Assembly: GCA_904420525.1 (NCBI GenBank)
Contig: CAJFVT010000101.1
Coordinates: 3,546 to 67,545, forward strand
Direction of reading: 5' to 3'
DNA length: 64,000 bases
Origin: an uncultured Clostridia bacterium
GTDB lineage: Bacteria > Bacillota > Clostridia > UBA1381
Under the pieces are notes generated by a model. The model worked only from the letters and a program-made list of their open reading frames with translations. It ran no database searches and had not been told where the DNA came from. Position 1 is the first letter of the stretch; every line of letters starts with the position of its first letter. The position numbers were made by a program, and so were the translations under genes. Below, piece by piece: positions 9,818-20,712 of the stretch.

Positions 9818-11029
9818 TTACAGCATAGCCTTGAGTCTCTCGTCTACCGCTCTTAAGAAGCCTTCAGTATCTACCTTTTCCTTCTTTTCAAGCTTTGACA
9901 TACTGTAGAGATCGCCGGTCATGATACCGTCCTCGATCGTTCCTATCGTTGCCTTTTCAAGGCAATCCGCGTAATGAACAAGCTCCGGAAGAGAGTCAAG
10001 CTCGCCGCGCTTCCTCAATGCACCAGACCATGCAAATATCGTTGCGACCGAATTCGTTGATGTCGTTTCACCCTTGAGGTACTTGTAATAATGACGCTGA
10101 ACTGTGCCGTGAGCTGCCTCGTACTCGTATATACCGTCAGGTGAAACAAGCACCGATGTCATCATCGCAAGCGAGCCGTATGCCGTTGCTACCATATCGG
10201 ACATAACATCGCCGTCATAATTCTTGCATGCCCATATATAGCCTCCCTCAGAGCGTATAACTCTTGCTACAGCGTCATCTATAAGAGTATAGAAATACTC
10301 TATGCCCGCAGCCTCGAATTTGTCCTTATACTCATTCTCGTAGATCTCCGCAAAGATGTCCTTAAATCTATGGTCATATTTCTTTGATATCGTATCCTTT
10401 GTAGCAAACCATACATCCTCTTTGATATCAAGCGCATAATTAAAGCACGCGCGCGCAAAGGACTCTATACTTTCATCACGGTTATGAAGTCCCTGTATTA
10501 TTCCGCTGCCTGTTGTGAACTCATGTATCGTTTCTCTCGTCTCATTTCCGTCCTTGTCAGTATAAACAAGCTCCGCCTTTCCGCCTGCCGGCACCTGCAT
10601 CTCTACATTCTTATATACATCACCGTAAGCGTGTCTGGCAATGGTTATAGGCTTTGTCCATGTCGGTATATAAGGAACTATACCTTTAACGAGTATCGGC
10701 GTTCTGAACACGGTCCCGTCCAAAATAGCACGTATTGTCCCGTTAGGTGATTTCCACATTTCCTTTAAGTCATATTCCGTCATACGCGCGGCATTCGGAG
10801 TTATGGTCGCGCATTTTACGGCTACACCATACTTCTTTGTCGCCTCGGCGCTGTCATAGGTCACCTTATCATCTGTGGCATTCCTGTTCTCAAGTCCAAG
10901 GTCGTAATATTCCGTTTTGAGATCGATATAGGGTTCAAGAAGAATGTCCTTTATCATCTTCCATATTACTCTTGTCATCTCGTCTCCGTCCATTTCGACA
11001 AGAGGCGTTTTCATCTGAATCTTTGCCAT
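9818..11029 (-). CDS. icd: NADP-dependent isocitrate dehydrogenase, subfamily II (eukaryote-like homodimeric type)
   Basis: 403 aa. [32 protein letters not shown] and other blocks are nearly colinear with IDH1-type enzymes. Confidence 0.95.
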   Translation of the reverse strand: MAKIQMKTPLVEMDGDEMTRVIWKMIKDILLEPYIDLKTEYYDLGLENRNATDDKVTYDSAEATKKYGVAVKCATITPNAARMTEYDLKEMWKSPNGTIRAILDGTVFRTPILVKGIVPYIPTWTKPITIARHAYGDVYKNVEMQVPAGGKAELVYTDKDGNETRETIHEFTTGSGIIQGLHNRDESIESFARACFNYALDIKEDVWFATKDTISKKYDHRFKDIFAEIYENEYKDKFEAAGIEYFYTLIDDAVARVIRSEGGYIWACKNYDGDVMSDMVATAYGSLAMMTSVLVSPDGIYEYEAAHGTVQRHYYKYLKGETTSTNSVATIFAWSGALRKRGELDSLPELVHYADCLEKATIGTIEDGIMTGDLYSMSKLEKKEKVDTEGFLRAVDERLKAML

Positions 11030-11119
11030 TTATGTTTACCTCCATTATCCGGGTCAAAACAAATACAGGGATCCCGTTTACAAACAGAATCCCCCTTGAT
11101 CACCCGTTGATCTTATTCT

Positions 11120-11148
11120 ATTCTACCATATTGTGAAGACTTTGTCAA
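11120..11148 (-). promoter_or_regulatory. sigma-A type promoter for icd
   Basis: On the minus strand: TTGACA (11148-11143), 17-nt spacer, TAGAAT (11125-11120). Confidence 0.6.
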
Positions 11149-11181
11149 GATGATTGCACGGCATAATATCAATAATTCGGC

Positions 11182-11212
11182 AAAAAAACGCGGTCACTAT
11201 CGGTGACCGCGC
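11182..11212 (-). terminator. Rho-independent terminator of the SCP2-domain gene
   Basis: CGCGGTCAC / GTGACCGCG stem (11189-11211) followed on the minus strand by a 7-nt U-run. Confidence 0.85.
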
Positions 11213-11247
11213 TATGATCTCCCCCTTCGATCCTGTAGACCGGGGAG

Positions 11248-11811
11248 TTATGCCTTCTTCGTTGTTGTCGTTTTCTTTGCTGCTGTTGTCTTTTTTGCCG
11301 CTGTTGTTTTTGCCGCAGCAGGTTTTGCCGCAGGCTTCTTTACTGTTGCAGGCTTCTTTACAGGCTCTGCCTTTACAGCCGCCTTTGCCGGTGCTGTCTG
11401 GACAGCCTTCGTCTCCTTAGCTGCCGAAGCCGGCTTTGCCTCCTTGACTTCTGCCTTTGCTTCTGAAGCTCTTCTTGACGGGGCCACATACTTGGGTATA
11501 GCATCGTTAAGCGTTGCGAGCTTTTCGAAATTTCCCTTTGCAGTCGCAAGACCTTTTTCGATCGCCTTGTCAAGTGTAAGCTTGCCTGAAAGAATATCGC
11601 TGAATGCTTTTCTGTCAATATCAATCACTGCATCGTTATCACGGTAATCATAGCCTTCTACAACAACCTTTCCATCTGCTGATTTGAAGTATAATGTACC
11701 GCCGCAGTCATCATCTGTCAATGTGACCTGTACAGCCATGTCTGCAAGCTTTGAAGCGTCAACCTCTTCAAATTTAGCCTTTATCCTTTTTAACGCACTT
11801 TCAAAAGTCAT
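11248..11811 (-). CDS. SCP2 (sterol-carrier-like) domain protein with a Lys/Ala/Pro/Thr-rich C-terminal tail
   Basis: The N-terminal ~110 aa match the SCP2 pattern (..VQVTLTDDDCGGTLYFK..GKLTLDKAIEKGL..KGN). The C-terminal ~75 aa are low-complexity KAAxK/AAKKTT repeats. Confidence 0.8.
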   Translation of the reverse strand: MTFESALKRIKAKFEEVDASKLADMAVQVTLTDDDCGGTLYFKSADGKVVVEGYDYRDNDAVIDIDRKAFSDILSGKLTLDKAIEKGLATAKGNFEKLATLNDAIPKYVAPSRRASEAKAEVKEAKPASAAKETKAVQTAPAKAAVKAEPVKKPATVKKPAAKPAAAKTTAAKKTTAAKKTTTTKKA

Positions 11812-11867
11812 GAAAACTCTCCTTTCATCGAAGCTCTGTTCGATCTGTTAACTAAGATTACAATTAT

Positions 11868-11896
11868 AGTATACATCAAATTTTCAGTCATGTCAA
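11868..11896 (-). promoter_or_regulatory. sigma-A type promoter for the SCP2-domain gene
   Basis: Minus strand: TTGACA (11896-11891), 17-nt spacer, TATACT (11873-11868). Confidence 0.55.
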
Positions 11897-11983
11897 TTAA
11901 AAATGTCGTTTATTTTCAAATATAAACAAATTTTTGTTAAAACTATTTATAAAATCCACGTTATTACGCTATTTTTTAGATAA

Positions 11984-12832
11984 TTATGCGTTATTGAGCA
12001 CCGCTGCCTTAAGCGTATTTTTCATAAGCATTGCGATCGTCATGGGACCTACGCCTCCCGGAACCGGTGTTATAGCTCCCGCTGTCTGTTCAGCCGACTC
12101 GAATTCCACATCTCCGACAAGCTTTTTCGGCGCTATTCTGTTTATACCGACATCTATCACGACCGCGCCCGGCTTTATCATATCTCCCTTGATAAAATTC
12201 GGTATTCCCACAGCCGCTACAAGTATATCAGCCTTTCGCGTCTTTTCAGCAAGATCCGCTGTCTTTGAATGGCAGATAGTTACCGTGCCGTTCTGATGAA
12301 GCAGAAGCATCGCCATAGGTTTTCCGACGATATTCGAGCGTCCTACCACAACGCATTCCTTGCCGGTTATATCTATCCCCGATTCCTTTATCAGCTCCAT
12401 TACTCCGGCAGGTGTACACGGCACAAAATCGTAGCTGCCTGTCATTATTTTCCCAACATTTATCGGATGGAAAGCATCGACATCCTTTTTAGGATCTATC
12501 GCGTTTATTACCTCCTGCTCATCGATGTGCTCCGGCAGCGGCAGCTGACAGAGTATACCCGAAACAGCACTGTCTTTGTTGATCTTATCTATGAGCGCCA
12601 AAAGCTCCGACTGCGGCGTATCGGCGCTGAGCAGATATTCAAACGACTCTATGCCAATATACTCACATGCCTTCTTTTTATTATTTACATATACCCTACT
12701 TGCCGGATCGTCTCCTACCAGTATAACGGCGAGCCCCGGAACTATCCCGCGTGACCTGAGTCCTTTTACCTCTTCTTTCAGCTCGTCCTTTATTCTGTCC
12801 GAAACTTCCTTTCCCTTCAGCAGCTTTGCCAT
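11984..12832 (-). CDS. folD: bifunctional 5,10-methylene-THF dehydrogenase / methenyl-THF cyclohydrolase
   Basis: LLKGKEVS.., [41 protein letters not shown] at 12832 with an AGGTG RBS preferred over GTG 12841. Confidence 0.95.
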   Translation of the reverse strand: MAKLLKGKEVSDRIKDELKEEVKGLRSRGIVPGLAVILVGDDPASRVYVNNKKKACEYIGIESFEYLLSADTPQSELLALIDKINKDSAVSGILCQLPLPEHIDEQEVINAIDPKKDVDAFHPINVGKIMTGSYDFVPCTPAGVMELIKESGIDITGKECVVVGRSNIVGKPMAMLLLHQNGTVTICHSKTADLAEKTRKADILVAAVGIPNFIKGDMIKPGAVVIDVGINRIAPKKLVGDVEFESAEQTAGAITPVPGGVGPMTIAMLMKNTLKAAVLNNA

Positions 12833-14693
12833 GCTTTTCACCTTTCCTTTCGTTATGATCGTTTTTTATCTTTCTCGGCGGTATCAGGCATTCCTTTCCG
12901 AAGCCTATAAGATCTCTGCGCCCCGCTTCAAGCAGCGCCTCCTTTACAAGATCGTAGTTTTCCTCGTCTCTGAACTGCAGCAGTGCGCGCTGCAATGCCT
13001 TTTCTCTGGGAGAGCGCGCCACATATACCTCCTTCATTGTAAAAGGATCCAGTCCCGTATAGAACATACAGGTGGACACAGTACCTGGCGTAGGATAAAA
13101 ATCCTGCACCTGACGCGGATTTATCTTGTGCCTGTTAAGATATTCCGCAAGCTTTACAGCATCCGCCACAGTGCTTCCCGGATGACTTGACATAAGATAC
13201 GGCACAAGATACTGATCCAGTCCCAGCTTATTATTGAGCTCATAAAATTTATCGGAAAACCGTTCATACACATCGTTTGCAGGCTTCCCCATATAGTGCA
13301 GGACGTTATCCGAAATATGCTCAGGCGCGACCCTGAGCTGACCGCTCACATGATATTTCAGCAGTTCCCTGAAAAAGGTATCGTCGCGGTCAGCCATCAG
13401 ATAGTCAAATCTTATACCCGATCTCACGAAAACCTTTTTCACCCCGTCAATGCCCCTGAGCTTCCTTAACAGCTCCAGATACTTCTCATGGTCTATCTTC
13501 ATATTCGGGCACGGCTTTGGGAACAGACACTGTCTGTCAGAACACGCTCCCTTTGTCAGCTGCTTTGCGCACGCCGGTTCACGGAAATTCGCCGTTGGAC
13601 CGCCTACATCGTGTATATATCCCTTAAAGTCCGGATCCTTTGTCATCAGTTCAGCTTCCCTTATCATGCTCTCATCACTTCTTGATGTAACTATACGTCC
13701 CTGATGAAACGCCAGCGCACAGAAATTGCAGCTCCCGTAACAGCCGCGGTTTGAAGAAATCGAGAACTTAACCTCCTCGATCGCTTTTATCCCGCCGTAT
13801 TTATCATACATGGGGTGCGGTCTGCGCATATACGGCAGCTCATATACCTCATCAAGCTCATACGTATCAAGCGGCGGCTGCGGCGGATTTTGTATAAGGA
13901 AGCGCCCGCCGTGCTCCTGTGCCAAAGCCTCACCCAGATACGGATTTTGCTCACGGTACTGCTCACGGCACGAAACAGCATAAGCGCGCTTATCCGAAAC
14001 ACATTCCTCATACGAAGGTATTACCTTGTATCCATCGGCATGGGACTGTATAAAGCATGTCCCGGCCACTGTTGTGATATCGCCTATATCCACACCGCTG
14101 TTGAGAAGATCCGCGATCTCTGCTATCTGCCTTTCACCCATGCCGTACATCAAAAGATCTGCTCTGGAATCGAACAAGATAGACCGCCGCACCTTATTAT
14201 CCCAATAATCATAATGCGCAAACCTTCTCAGGCTTGCCTCTACCCCGCCTATCAGGAGCGGTATTTTCCCGAACGCCTCGCGGACACGGTTACAGTACAC
14301 TATAGTCGCTCTGTCCGGACGGCATCCGGTCTTGTTTCCGGGCGAGTAAGCATCATCATGCCGTCTTTTCCCGCTAACCGTATAATGGTTTACCATACTG
14401 TCGATATTACCTGCAGTAACCAGCACACCAAGCCGCGGACGGCCAAGCTTTTTAAAATCCTCAGCGCTATGCCAATCCGGCTGCGGCAGGATAGCTACTC
14501 TGTATCCATGCGCTTCAAGCACCCTTGATATGATGGCATGACCAAAGCTGGGATGATCGACATATGCGTCACCTGTGATATAGAGGAAATCATAATGATC
14601 CCAGCCCCTCGCTTTCATATCCTCAGCAGAGACCGGCAGAAATCCTGACGTACCGCTATCCGCGGGTATGTTTTTTAAATCAGTTTTTTTCAT
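12696..14693 (-). CDS. ygiQ: YgiQ-family radical SAM protein (UPF0313)
   Basis: 665 aa. N-terminal [18 protein letters not shown], radical-SAM Cys box CYGSCNFC and a basic C-terminal tail. The 3' end overlaps the folD start out of frame. Confidence 0.9.
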   Translation of the reverse strand: MKKTDLKNIPADSGTSGFLPVSAEDMKARGWDHYDFLYITGDAYVDHPSFGHAIISRVLEAHGYRVAILPQPDWHSAEDFKKLGRPRLGVLVTAGNIDSMVNHYTVSGKRRHDDAYSPGNKTGCRPDRATIVYCNRVREAFGKIPLLIGGVEASLRRFAHYDYWDNKVRRSILFDSRADLLMYGMGERQIAEIADLLNSGVDIGDITTVAGTCFIQSHADGYKVIPSYEECVSDKRAYAVSCREQYREQNPYLGEALAQEHGGRFLIQNPPQPPLDTYELDEVYELPYMRRPHPMYDKYGGIKAIEEVKFSISSNRGCYGSCNFCALAFHQGRIVTSRSDESMIREAELMTKDPDFKGYIHDVGGPTANFREPACAKQLTKGACSDRQCLFPKPCPNMKIDHEKYLELLRKLRGIDGVKKVFVRSGIRFDYLMADRDDTFFRELLKYHVSGQLRVAPEHISDNVLHYMGKPANDVYERFSDKFYELNNKLGLDQYLVPYLMSSHPGSTVADAVKLAEYLNRHKINPRQVQDFYPTPGTVSTCMFYTGLDPFTMKEVYVARSPREKALQRALLQFRDEENYDLVKEALLEAGRRDLIGFGKECLIPPRKIKNDHNERKGEKHGKAAEGKGSFGQNKGRAERRGKRTQVTRDSSGARRYTGRRRSGK

Positions 14694-14709
14694 CCTGTGT
14701 CAGCTCCAA

Positions 14710-17331
14710 TTATGTTTCCGTATCTTCCGATGCGAACGGCATATCAGCATGGCTGACAAGCACGTCACGCGGCTTTGATCCGTTTGCCGGAGATACTATC
14801 CCCCGCGCCTCCATCTGATCTATTATCCTGCCGGCGCGAGAATATCCTACCCCCAGCCTGCGCTGTATCATTGACGTTGATATCTTGCCCAGCTCAACAG
14901 CAAGCTTTATTGCATCCGGCAGCAGCGCATCTCCGTCATCCTCAGTATCAGGAGTTACTCCGTTTTCACCCAGAGCCACTCTTTCTATATGCTCCTCAAG
15001 ATCCTCACTGTAATGAGTCTGCGGAGACGTGCTCTTTATATAATCTACTATCCTCTCGACCTCTCCGTCAGAAACGAACGCGCCCTGCACCCTGGTTGTA
15101 GCTCTCGCGCCTGTAGGGTAATAGAGCATATCGCCCATACCAAGGAGCTTTTCAGCACCGGCCTTATCCAGTATCGTCCGGCTGTCCACCTGCTGCGAGA
15201 CGAAAAACGCTATCCTCGAAGGTATATTAGCCTTTATAAGACCTGTGATAACATCTACCGAAGGACGCTGCGTAGCGATTATGAGATGGATCCCTGCCGC
15301 TCTTGCAAGCTGCGCGAGACGGCACACATAATCCTCTACCTCCTTTGCCGCTACCATCATAAGATCGGCAAGCTCGTCTATTATTATAACTATCTGCGGG
15401 AGCTTTTCACCGCCTGTCTTTTCCATCAGCTTATTATAGGTCTCAAGCTTACGTACACCTGAATTCTTGAACAGATCATAGCGGTTCATCATCTCTGAAA
15501 CCGCCCAGTTAAGCGCGCCGGCAGCCTTTTTTGCTTCCGTCACAACAGGTATGAGCAGATGCGGGATGCCGTTATAAACACCAAGCTCCACCTGCTTGGG
15601 ATCTACCATTATAAGCTTTACCTCGCTCGGTCTTGCCTTGTACAAAATAGATGTGATTATCGTATTTATACACACCGATTTACCAGAGCCTGTCGCTCCG
15701 GCGATCAGCGCGTGCGGCCATTTCGCAATATCACCCACAACAACATTTCCGCCTATGTCCTTGCCGAGGCATACCGTCAGCTTCGACTTAGCATTTATAA
15801 ACTCCGGCGATTCAAGCATTTCACGTATCTTTACAGGCGTTACATGTGTATTCGGGATCTCGACCCCGACCGTTGCCGCTTTTCCAGGCACCGGCGCTAT
15901 CAAGACTGTTGCCACCGCCATATTAAGCGCGATATCATCAGCAAGATTAACTATTTTTGAAAGCTTTGTCCCACTGCTTGGCTGTATCTCATAGCGCGTT
16001 ACAGTCGGGCCCTGAGTGACCTGAACAGGCTTTGCCTTTACTCCGAAATTATCAAGCACCGCTATGAGCTGCTCGGCTTTTTTATACAGCTCACGCCGCT
16101 GGTCGCTCGAAACACGCACCGGTTCATCAAGAAGATCCAAAGTCGGGAACCGGTATTCATCTGTCGTTTCAAGCATGGCACGGTCAAGCTCATTGTGAAA
16201 GCTCAGCTTTTCATCTTCGGTCAGCTTTTTAGCCTTTTGCGTGTCCGCCATCTGCGATACATTCATATCCTTCAAAAGCTCGTTCGACTCATAATCCTCC
16301 TCCTGCTGTTCATCAGATAAGCCCTCAGCATCTGTCTCCGTCTGCTCCTGCTCCTCTTCTGAATTCTCTGTCTTATCATCTTCTATCTCTGTATCTGTAA
16401 GCTCAGACTCCGGTCCATCAAACCGCATATTGTACAGATCAAAGCCGCTGCCGCCAAAGTCATCACCGAATATATCCGGTCTCGGCTCGGCCGCGTCCGT
16501 TCCAATATCCTCGGCAAAGCCGTTTGCAATGTCGATCGTAGGATCGCCGCTGCTGTGTCTCTGAGCTGTATCATCATGTCTCTGTTTTTTTCTGCGCTCA
16601 CTGAGACTCATCGGCAGCTCATCCTCCTCCGGAGGGACGTACTGAGGTCCCTTACGATGCTCCGTCTCATACTCATGCTCCGGCTCGTTCTCCGCCGTCT
16701 CACGGCGTCTGCGCACGTATTCCTCAGTACGCCGCTTCATCTTTCCGCCCATATCCACGGAATACCCCAGCATCATTTTTGAATATTTGACTAAATACGG
16801 TATAAGATTGACCCGTGTTATAAGACATCCGAATACTATAAAAAGCACGGCAGACAGCAGAAATGACGCTACCGGCCCTATCAGCCCCGATAGAAACGAC
16901 GCCACTGAAACTCCTACAAGTCCTCCTCCGTTCATGTATTCGCTGCACATGTCAAATGCGACTGATGCATCATAGTCAGCAAACAGTCCTATAATTGCAG
17001 ACATATCCGTAAGAGCGCATATTGAAAGCACAAATTTTATCCACATCCTGCTCACGGACCTGTAATAGATCAGATATCCCAGCGTACCAAGAAATATGAC
17101 CGGTATCATAAAGGACATGATCCCGAACAGTCCGCCAAGAGTCCCGCGTATCGCCTCGGCTATAACAGCATCCGTATTTATATACATAAACAAGCCCGTA
17201 AACGCAAACATTACCGTCCATATAAGCCCGTGCAAAAAAAGCGGACTTGAAAAAAACGATTCATTCACCGGAGCAGCATTCTTTTTTGACGCTGTTTTTG
17301 CTTTACCGCTTGTTTTTTTCTTTTCAGCCAT
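14710..17331 (-). CDS. ftsK: DNA translocase FtsK/SpoIIIE
   Basis: N-terminal TM helices, acidic linker, motor domain (GATGSGKSV Walker A, IIIDELADLMM) and C-terminal gamma wHTH (..IQRRLGVGYSRAGRIIDQME). Confidence 0.95.
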   Translation of the reverse strand: MAEKKKTSGKAKTASKKNAAPVNESFFSSPLFLHGLIWTVMFAFTGLFMYINTDAVIAEAIRGTLGGLFGIMSFMIPVIFLGTLGYLIYYRSVSRMWIKFVLSICALTDMSAIIGLFADYDASVAFDMCSEYMNGGGLVGVSVASFLSGLIGPVASFLLSAVLFIVFGCLITRVNLIPYLVKYSKMMLGYSVDMGGKMKRRTEEYVRRRRETAENEPEHEYETEHRKGPQYVPPEEDELPMSLSERRKKQRHDDTAQRHSSGDPTIDIANGFAEDIGTDAAEPRPDIFGDDFGGSGFDLYNMRFDGPESELTDTEIEDDKTENSEEEQEQTETDAEGLSDEQQEEDYESNELLKDMNVSQMADTQKAKKLTEDEKLSFHNELDRAMLETTDEYRFPTLDLLDEPVRVSSDQRRELYKKAEQLIAVLDNFGVKAKPVQVTQGPTVTRYEIQPSSGTKLSKIVNLADDIALNMAVATVLIAPVPGKAATVGVEIPNTHVTPVKIREMLESPEFINAKSKLTVCLGKDIGGNVVVGDIAKWPHALIAGATGSGKSVCINTIITSILYKARPSEVKLIMVDPKQVELGVYNGIPHLLIPVVTEAKKAAGALNWAVSEMMNRYDLFKNSGVRKLETYNKLMEKTGGEKLPQIVIIIDELADLMMVAAKEVEDYVCRLAQLARAAGIHLIIATQRPSVDVITGLIKANIPSRIAFFVSQQVDSRTILDKAGAEKLLGMGDMLYYPTGARATTRVQGAFVSDGEVERIVDYIKSTSPQTHYSEDLEEHIERVALGENGVTPDTEDDGDALLPDAIKLAVELGKISTSMIQRRLGVGYSRAGRIIDQMEARGIVSPANGSKPRDVLVSHADMPFASEDTET

Positions 17332-17454
17332 TTGCTTCGATCTACCTCCTTTGGCAACACATCAATTTTAGTATATCATACTTTACCTAAAAAATCTACC
17401 CCCATTATGCGTCTTTCTTGCTGCATTGATCATAGTATTTCTCTGATTTTACTA

Positions 17455-17483
17455 TTGATTTCCTTTATATCATGTGATAATAT
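17455..17483 (+). promoter_or_regulatory. candidate promoter for the small zinc-ribbon gene
   Basis: TTGATT (17455-17460), 17-nt spacer, TGaTAATAT (-10 at 17478-17483). A long hairpin (17491-17523) starts at the predicted 5' end. Confidence 0.5.
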
Positions 17484-17576
17484 ATATTTAGACGCTTGCG
17501 AAACGAACGTTTTGCAAGCCGTCAAGCATAGAAAGGATTACCTAATAATATATATTTGAAGAAAGGACGATACTTT

Positions 17577-17813
17577 ATGTTTGTAACATACTGCACAAAA
17601 TGCAACCGTATTTTCTATTCAAAGCGCATAGGCAATTATTGCAGAAAATGCGGCTCGGTGCTTACCGATGTCCCGTCAGGATTTTCCGAGGTCACAGAGC
17701 TATCGATCAATGAACGCTACCGGCTCGCATATAGACTCACCAATGAATATGACCAGCTCGTAAAAGAGGCTGAGGATAAACGGCTGCGCAGCAGCAGATC
17801 ACACAATGAATGA
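17577..17813 (+). CDS. small zinc-ribbon protein of unknown function
   Basis: 78 aa from ATG 17577 (AAAGGA RBS). CxxC...CxxC (CTKCNRIF...CRKCGSV). Confidence 0.6.
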   Translation: MFVTYCTKCNRIFYSKRIGNYCRKCGSVLTDVPSGFSEVTELSINERYRLAYRLTNEYDQLVKEAEDKRLRSSRSHNE

Positions 17814-17855
17814 ACACGACCGGCGCACTGCAGCACGCCGGTCAGTATTACATTG

Positions 17856-18308
17856 CTATTTCTTCAAATAATTCTCATACAGCTGCACTACATTTTCACT
17901 GCTTCCGGATACCACAAGCACAACCGTTCCCTTGTATTCCGTGAGCAAAGCGCTGTCTATCTTCTGCGCCTCAGCCGGTCTGTACGACGAATAATTATTC
18001 TTCTGTATATCCAGATGTCCTCTGAGCTTGGTCATAACAGTATCCGGATCAGAGGTCTTTATTATAGCAAATTCATCACATACGGCTTTTGTTCCGACAT
18101 AGGCAGTCATATCCGTGTAGTCACTCGGATTGAGAAAAAACCTTTTTTCCGCCGCCGTATCGTCTATCTCAGTCAGTCTCTCTGAAAACACTGAGGATGA
18201 ATTCAGCAGTTCAGTGAGCTCTGAGCTGTTTATTTCACTTATCCTTCCGCATGATGCAGTGCAAAGCGCAGCCAGAACGAACATACAAATAATTACAAAT
18301 TTCTTCAT
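17856..18308 (-). CDS. lipoprotein, DUF4358-like
   Basis: Lipobox LAALCTASC. About 150 aa, with the overall pattern (..VGTKAVCDEFAIIKT..) of the DUF4358 family common in Clostridia. Assigned from memory. Confidence 0.75.
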   Translation of the reverse strand: MKKFVIICMFVLAALCTASCGRISEINSSELTELLNSSSVFSERLTEIDDTAAEKRFFLNPSDYTDMTAYVGTKAVCDEFAIIKTSDPDTVMTKLRGHLDIQKNNYSSYRPAEAQKIDSALLTEYKGTVVLVVSGSSENVVQLYENYLKK

Positions 18309-18329
18309 CGCTTGCCTCCTGTATAACTC

Positions 18330-19382
18330 TTATTCCTCTGCGCTGTCATTACGTCCCGACACCGCTGAATCCTTCAGCACGTTTACAGTTGGACGCGGAG
18401 ATGCAGTTGACTCCTCATGATCTTCCCCGTCAGGCTCACTTGTCGGCCGTTCAGTCGACCTTGGTCTTGATGTCGGCTCTGTCCCCTCATTTTCTTCATC
18501 CTCGCCGCTTCCGCCTTCCTCGTCATCACTAAGATCACTCATATCCGGTATATAGGCGTTATCCGCTATATAATTCAGCATGGTTATATAGCAATCCCTG
18601 TTGAGATTGATCCCATCTGCCGATACGCCGCTTTCGATATATCCATCCTCATCCGCAAGAGCTTCATACGCATCTGCATAATAAACTTCTTCCTCAACAG
18701 CCAGACGCTTTAGCTCATCATTATACCCGAGTATATTACTTATGGTCACGCCGGATGAAGATGACTCTGATACCTCACGAGTCACCGGGGGGATCGAAAC
18801 GACATATATCCTTGCTCCATGCTGATATGACTTTACTTTTTCAATAAGCTCCATATATTTTTCAGCAAAGCCAGATGCGTCATTAGATGCAAGCTCCGAC
18901 TCACCGAAACAAAGGAAAACCTTGCTGAAATTCTTGCTCTTGAGCTGATCAACCACCGACATTGAATCATTGTCAGCCGCCGTTGTATAGGCATTGTCAA
19001 GGTCTATGCCTACTCTCGCATAAATATCCGAATTTGGCAGTATGCCGTAAGCGGATATGCCGTCTGCAAGCGCGTTCCCTATGAACGCAGAATCATCGAA
19101 AAACGATGTGTCAAGTGAGGAGACCGGTATATCTGCCCCGGACGGCACTTCCACAGCCGCAGTTGCTGACGGCTGCTCTGTTACCGCAGCACCGGCGCTC
19201 TGCCCCGCCCCGGACTGCGTCTGCGTGCCGCCTGTGCAGTATCTCAAACATACCGCCGCGATCGCCGCGGCAGCTATAAGCATGACGATAAGAACACAAT
19301 TCCTGCGCCGCCTTGCTCTGCGTTCACGCTCACGCCTCTTCCTTTCCTGTTCACGTCTCCACATACGCTGCGACATTGCCAT
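18330..19382 (-). CDS. membrane-anchored SGNH/GDSL-type hydrolase-like protein
   Basis: Arg-rich N-terminus plus TM helix. The central region carries FIGNALADG and FLCFGESELA blocks resembling SGNH blocks I/II. Acidic C-terminal tail. Confidence 0.65.
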   Translation of the reverse strand: MAMSQRMWRREQERKRRERERRARRRRNCVLIVMLIAAAAIAAVCLRYCTGGTQTQSGAGQSAGAAVTEQPSATAAVEVPSGADIPVSSLDTSFFDDSAFIGNALADGISAYGILPNSDIYARVGIDLDNAYTTAADNDSMSVVDQLKSKNFSKVFLCFGESELASNDASGFAEKYMELIEKVKSYQHGARIYVVSIPPVTREVSESSSSGVTISNILGYNDELKRLAVEEEVYYADAYEALADEDGYIESGVSADGINLNRDCYITMLNYIADNAYIPDMSDLSDDEEGGSGEDEENEGTEPTSRPRSTERPTSEPDGEDHEESTASPRPTVNVLKDSAVSGRNDSAEE

Positions 19383-19416
19383 GCGAGAGCAACCCCTTCC
19401 TACGTTTATCAGTAAT

Positions 19417-20619
19417 TTAATCGTTAAGCATTTCTATTGCCTTATTAAGCTGCGTATCCGCCTCGCGCGGTATATCCGAAGCATAATATCCGGCATACTC
19501 CTCCGGAACACTCACGGCAACGTCAGGCTCTATACCAACTCCGTGTATGCACACGCCGTTCGGCGAATAGTATTTGGCTATAGTCATTGACATACCTGAT
19601 CCGTCATAGAACGGATAAACGGCCTGGACTATTCCCTTACCATAACTCTTCTCGCCTATTACCTCCGCCTTTCCGTAATCCTTGAGCGCGCCTACCAATA
19701 CCTCTGACGCGCTCGCACTGTTGCCGTTTATAAGCACTGCTATAGGCATATCAAGCTCAGCTTCATCCGAATAGTATTCCTCTCGTTCTCCGCTTCGCGT
19801 TTCAGTATATGTGATTATTCCCTCAGGCAGCAGATAATCTGCAATATCACACGCTATATCCAGAACTCCTCCCGGATTATCACGCAGGTCTATAATGAGC
19901 TTCTGCATACCCTGTGACTTCAGTGCTTCTGCCTGGGCCTCAAATTCTGTGAACGTATTCTCATCCGATCCCTGCTCGCTGGCATTGAAGCCTGTTATCC
20001 TTATATATCCTATATTTCCATCGAGCATTTCCGATTTGACCGATTCAGTTACTATTTCTTCACGATTGATATCAAAATCCATGCTCTGACCGCCGCGCTC
20101 GATGGTTATCCTGACACTGCTGCCAGCGGGACCGCCCTTTATCGCACTTACGCACTCATTCATTTCATCGCCTGAAAACGGCTGTCCGTCTACCGCTGTT
20201 ATATAATCACCGGGCATTATGCCGGCATTATACGCAGGAGACCCTTCAGTCGGTGCGATAACGATTATTTTCCCGGCTTCCTCATCTGCTGATATCACCA
20301 CTCCGATCCCGACATAGCTTTCTTCTATGGCGCTCATGTAAGACGCGAATTCATCAGGAGTATAATAATGAGTATACGGCTCGTCAAGCGCTTCAACATA
20401 CGCTTTTACGGCAGCCTCGCCCATTTCATCCATATTATAGTCCTCATACAGATAGTTGTTCCTTATATAAGCATTCACTGTTCCGAGCTTGCGGCTCATA
20501 CTGTCGCTGCCGACCGAACTGCCGCCGTCTCCGCTGAGTACGAAAAGAGCCGATGTACCGGCAAAGGTCACGGCCGCAGTAGTTGTTATCGTTATTATTG
20601 TCTTAACCGCAGGTTTCAA
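19417..20619 (-). CDS. S41-family carboxy-terminal processing peptidase with PDZ domain
   Basis: PDZ (GDYITAVDG), catalytic region (DLRDNPGG, NGNSASASE..GKG). TTG start with an AGAGGTG RBS. Confidence 0.9.
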   Translation of the reverse strand: MKPAVKTIITITTTAAVTFAGTSALFVLSGDGGSSVGSDSMSRKLGTVNAYIRNNYLYEDYNMDEMGEAAVKAYVEALDEPYTHYYTPDEFASYMSAIEESYVGIGVVISADEEAGKIIVIAPTEGSPAYNAGIMPGDYITAVDGQPFSGDEMNECVSAIKGGPAGSSVRITIERGGQSMDFDINREEIVTESVKSEMLDGNIGYIRITGFNASEQGSDENTFTEFEAQAEALKSQGMQKLIIDLRDNPGGVLDIACDIADYLLPEGIITYTETRSGEREEYYSDEAELDMPIAVLINGNSASASEVLVGALKDYGKAEVIGEKSYGKGIVQAVYPFYDGSGMSMTIAKYYSPNGVCIHGVGIEPDVAVSVPEEYAGYYASDIPREADTQLNKAIEMLND

Positions 20620-20712
20620 ATATCAACACCTCTGAAATATTATAGAATTTTAGAACAATATAAGCGATCATGAAGCATCGGCTTTTTGATCACCCATTTA
20701 AAATAATAACAA

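Noticed and set aside
13815-14528. 237-aa plus-strand ORF (also 12576-13190 and 12269-12754)
   Set aside because: Antisense to ygiQ and folD, which carry unmistakable family motifs.
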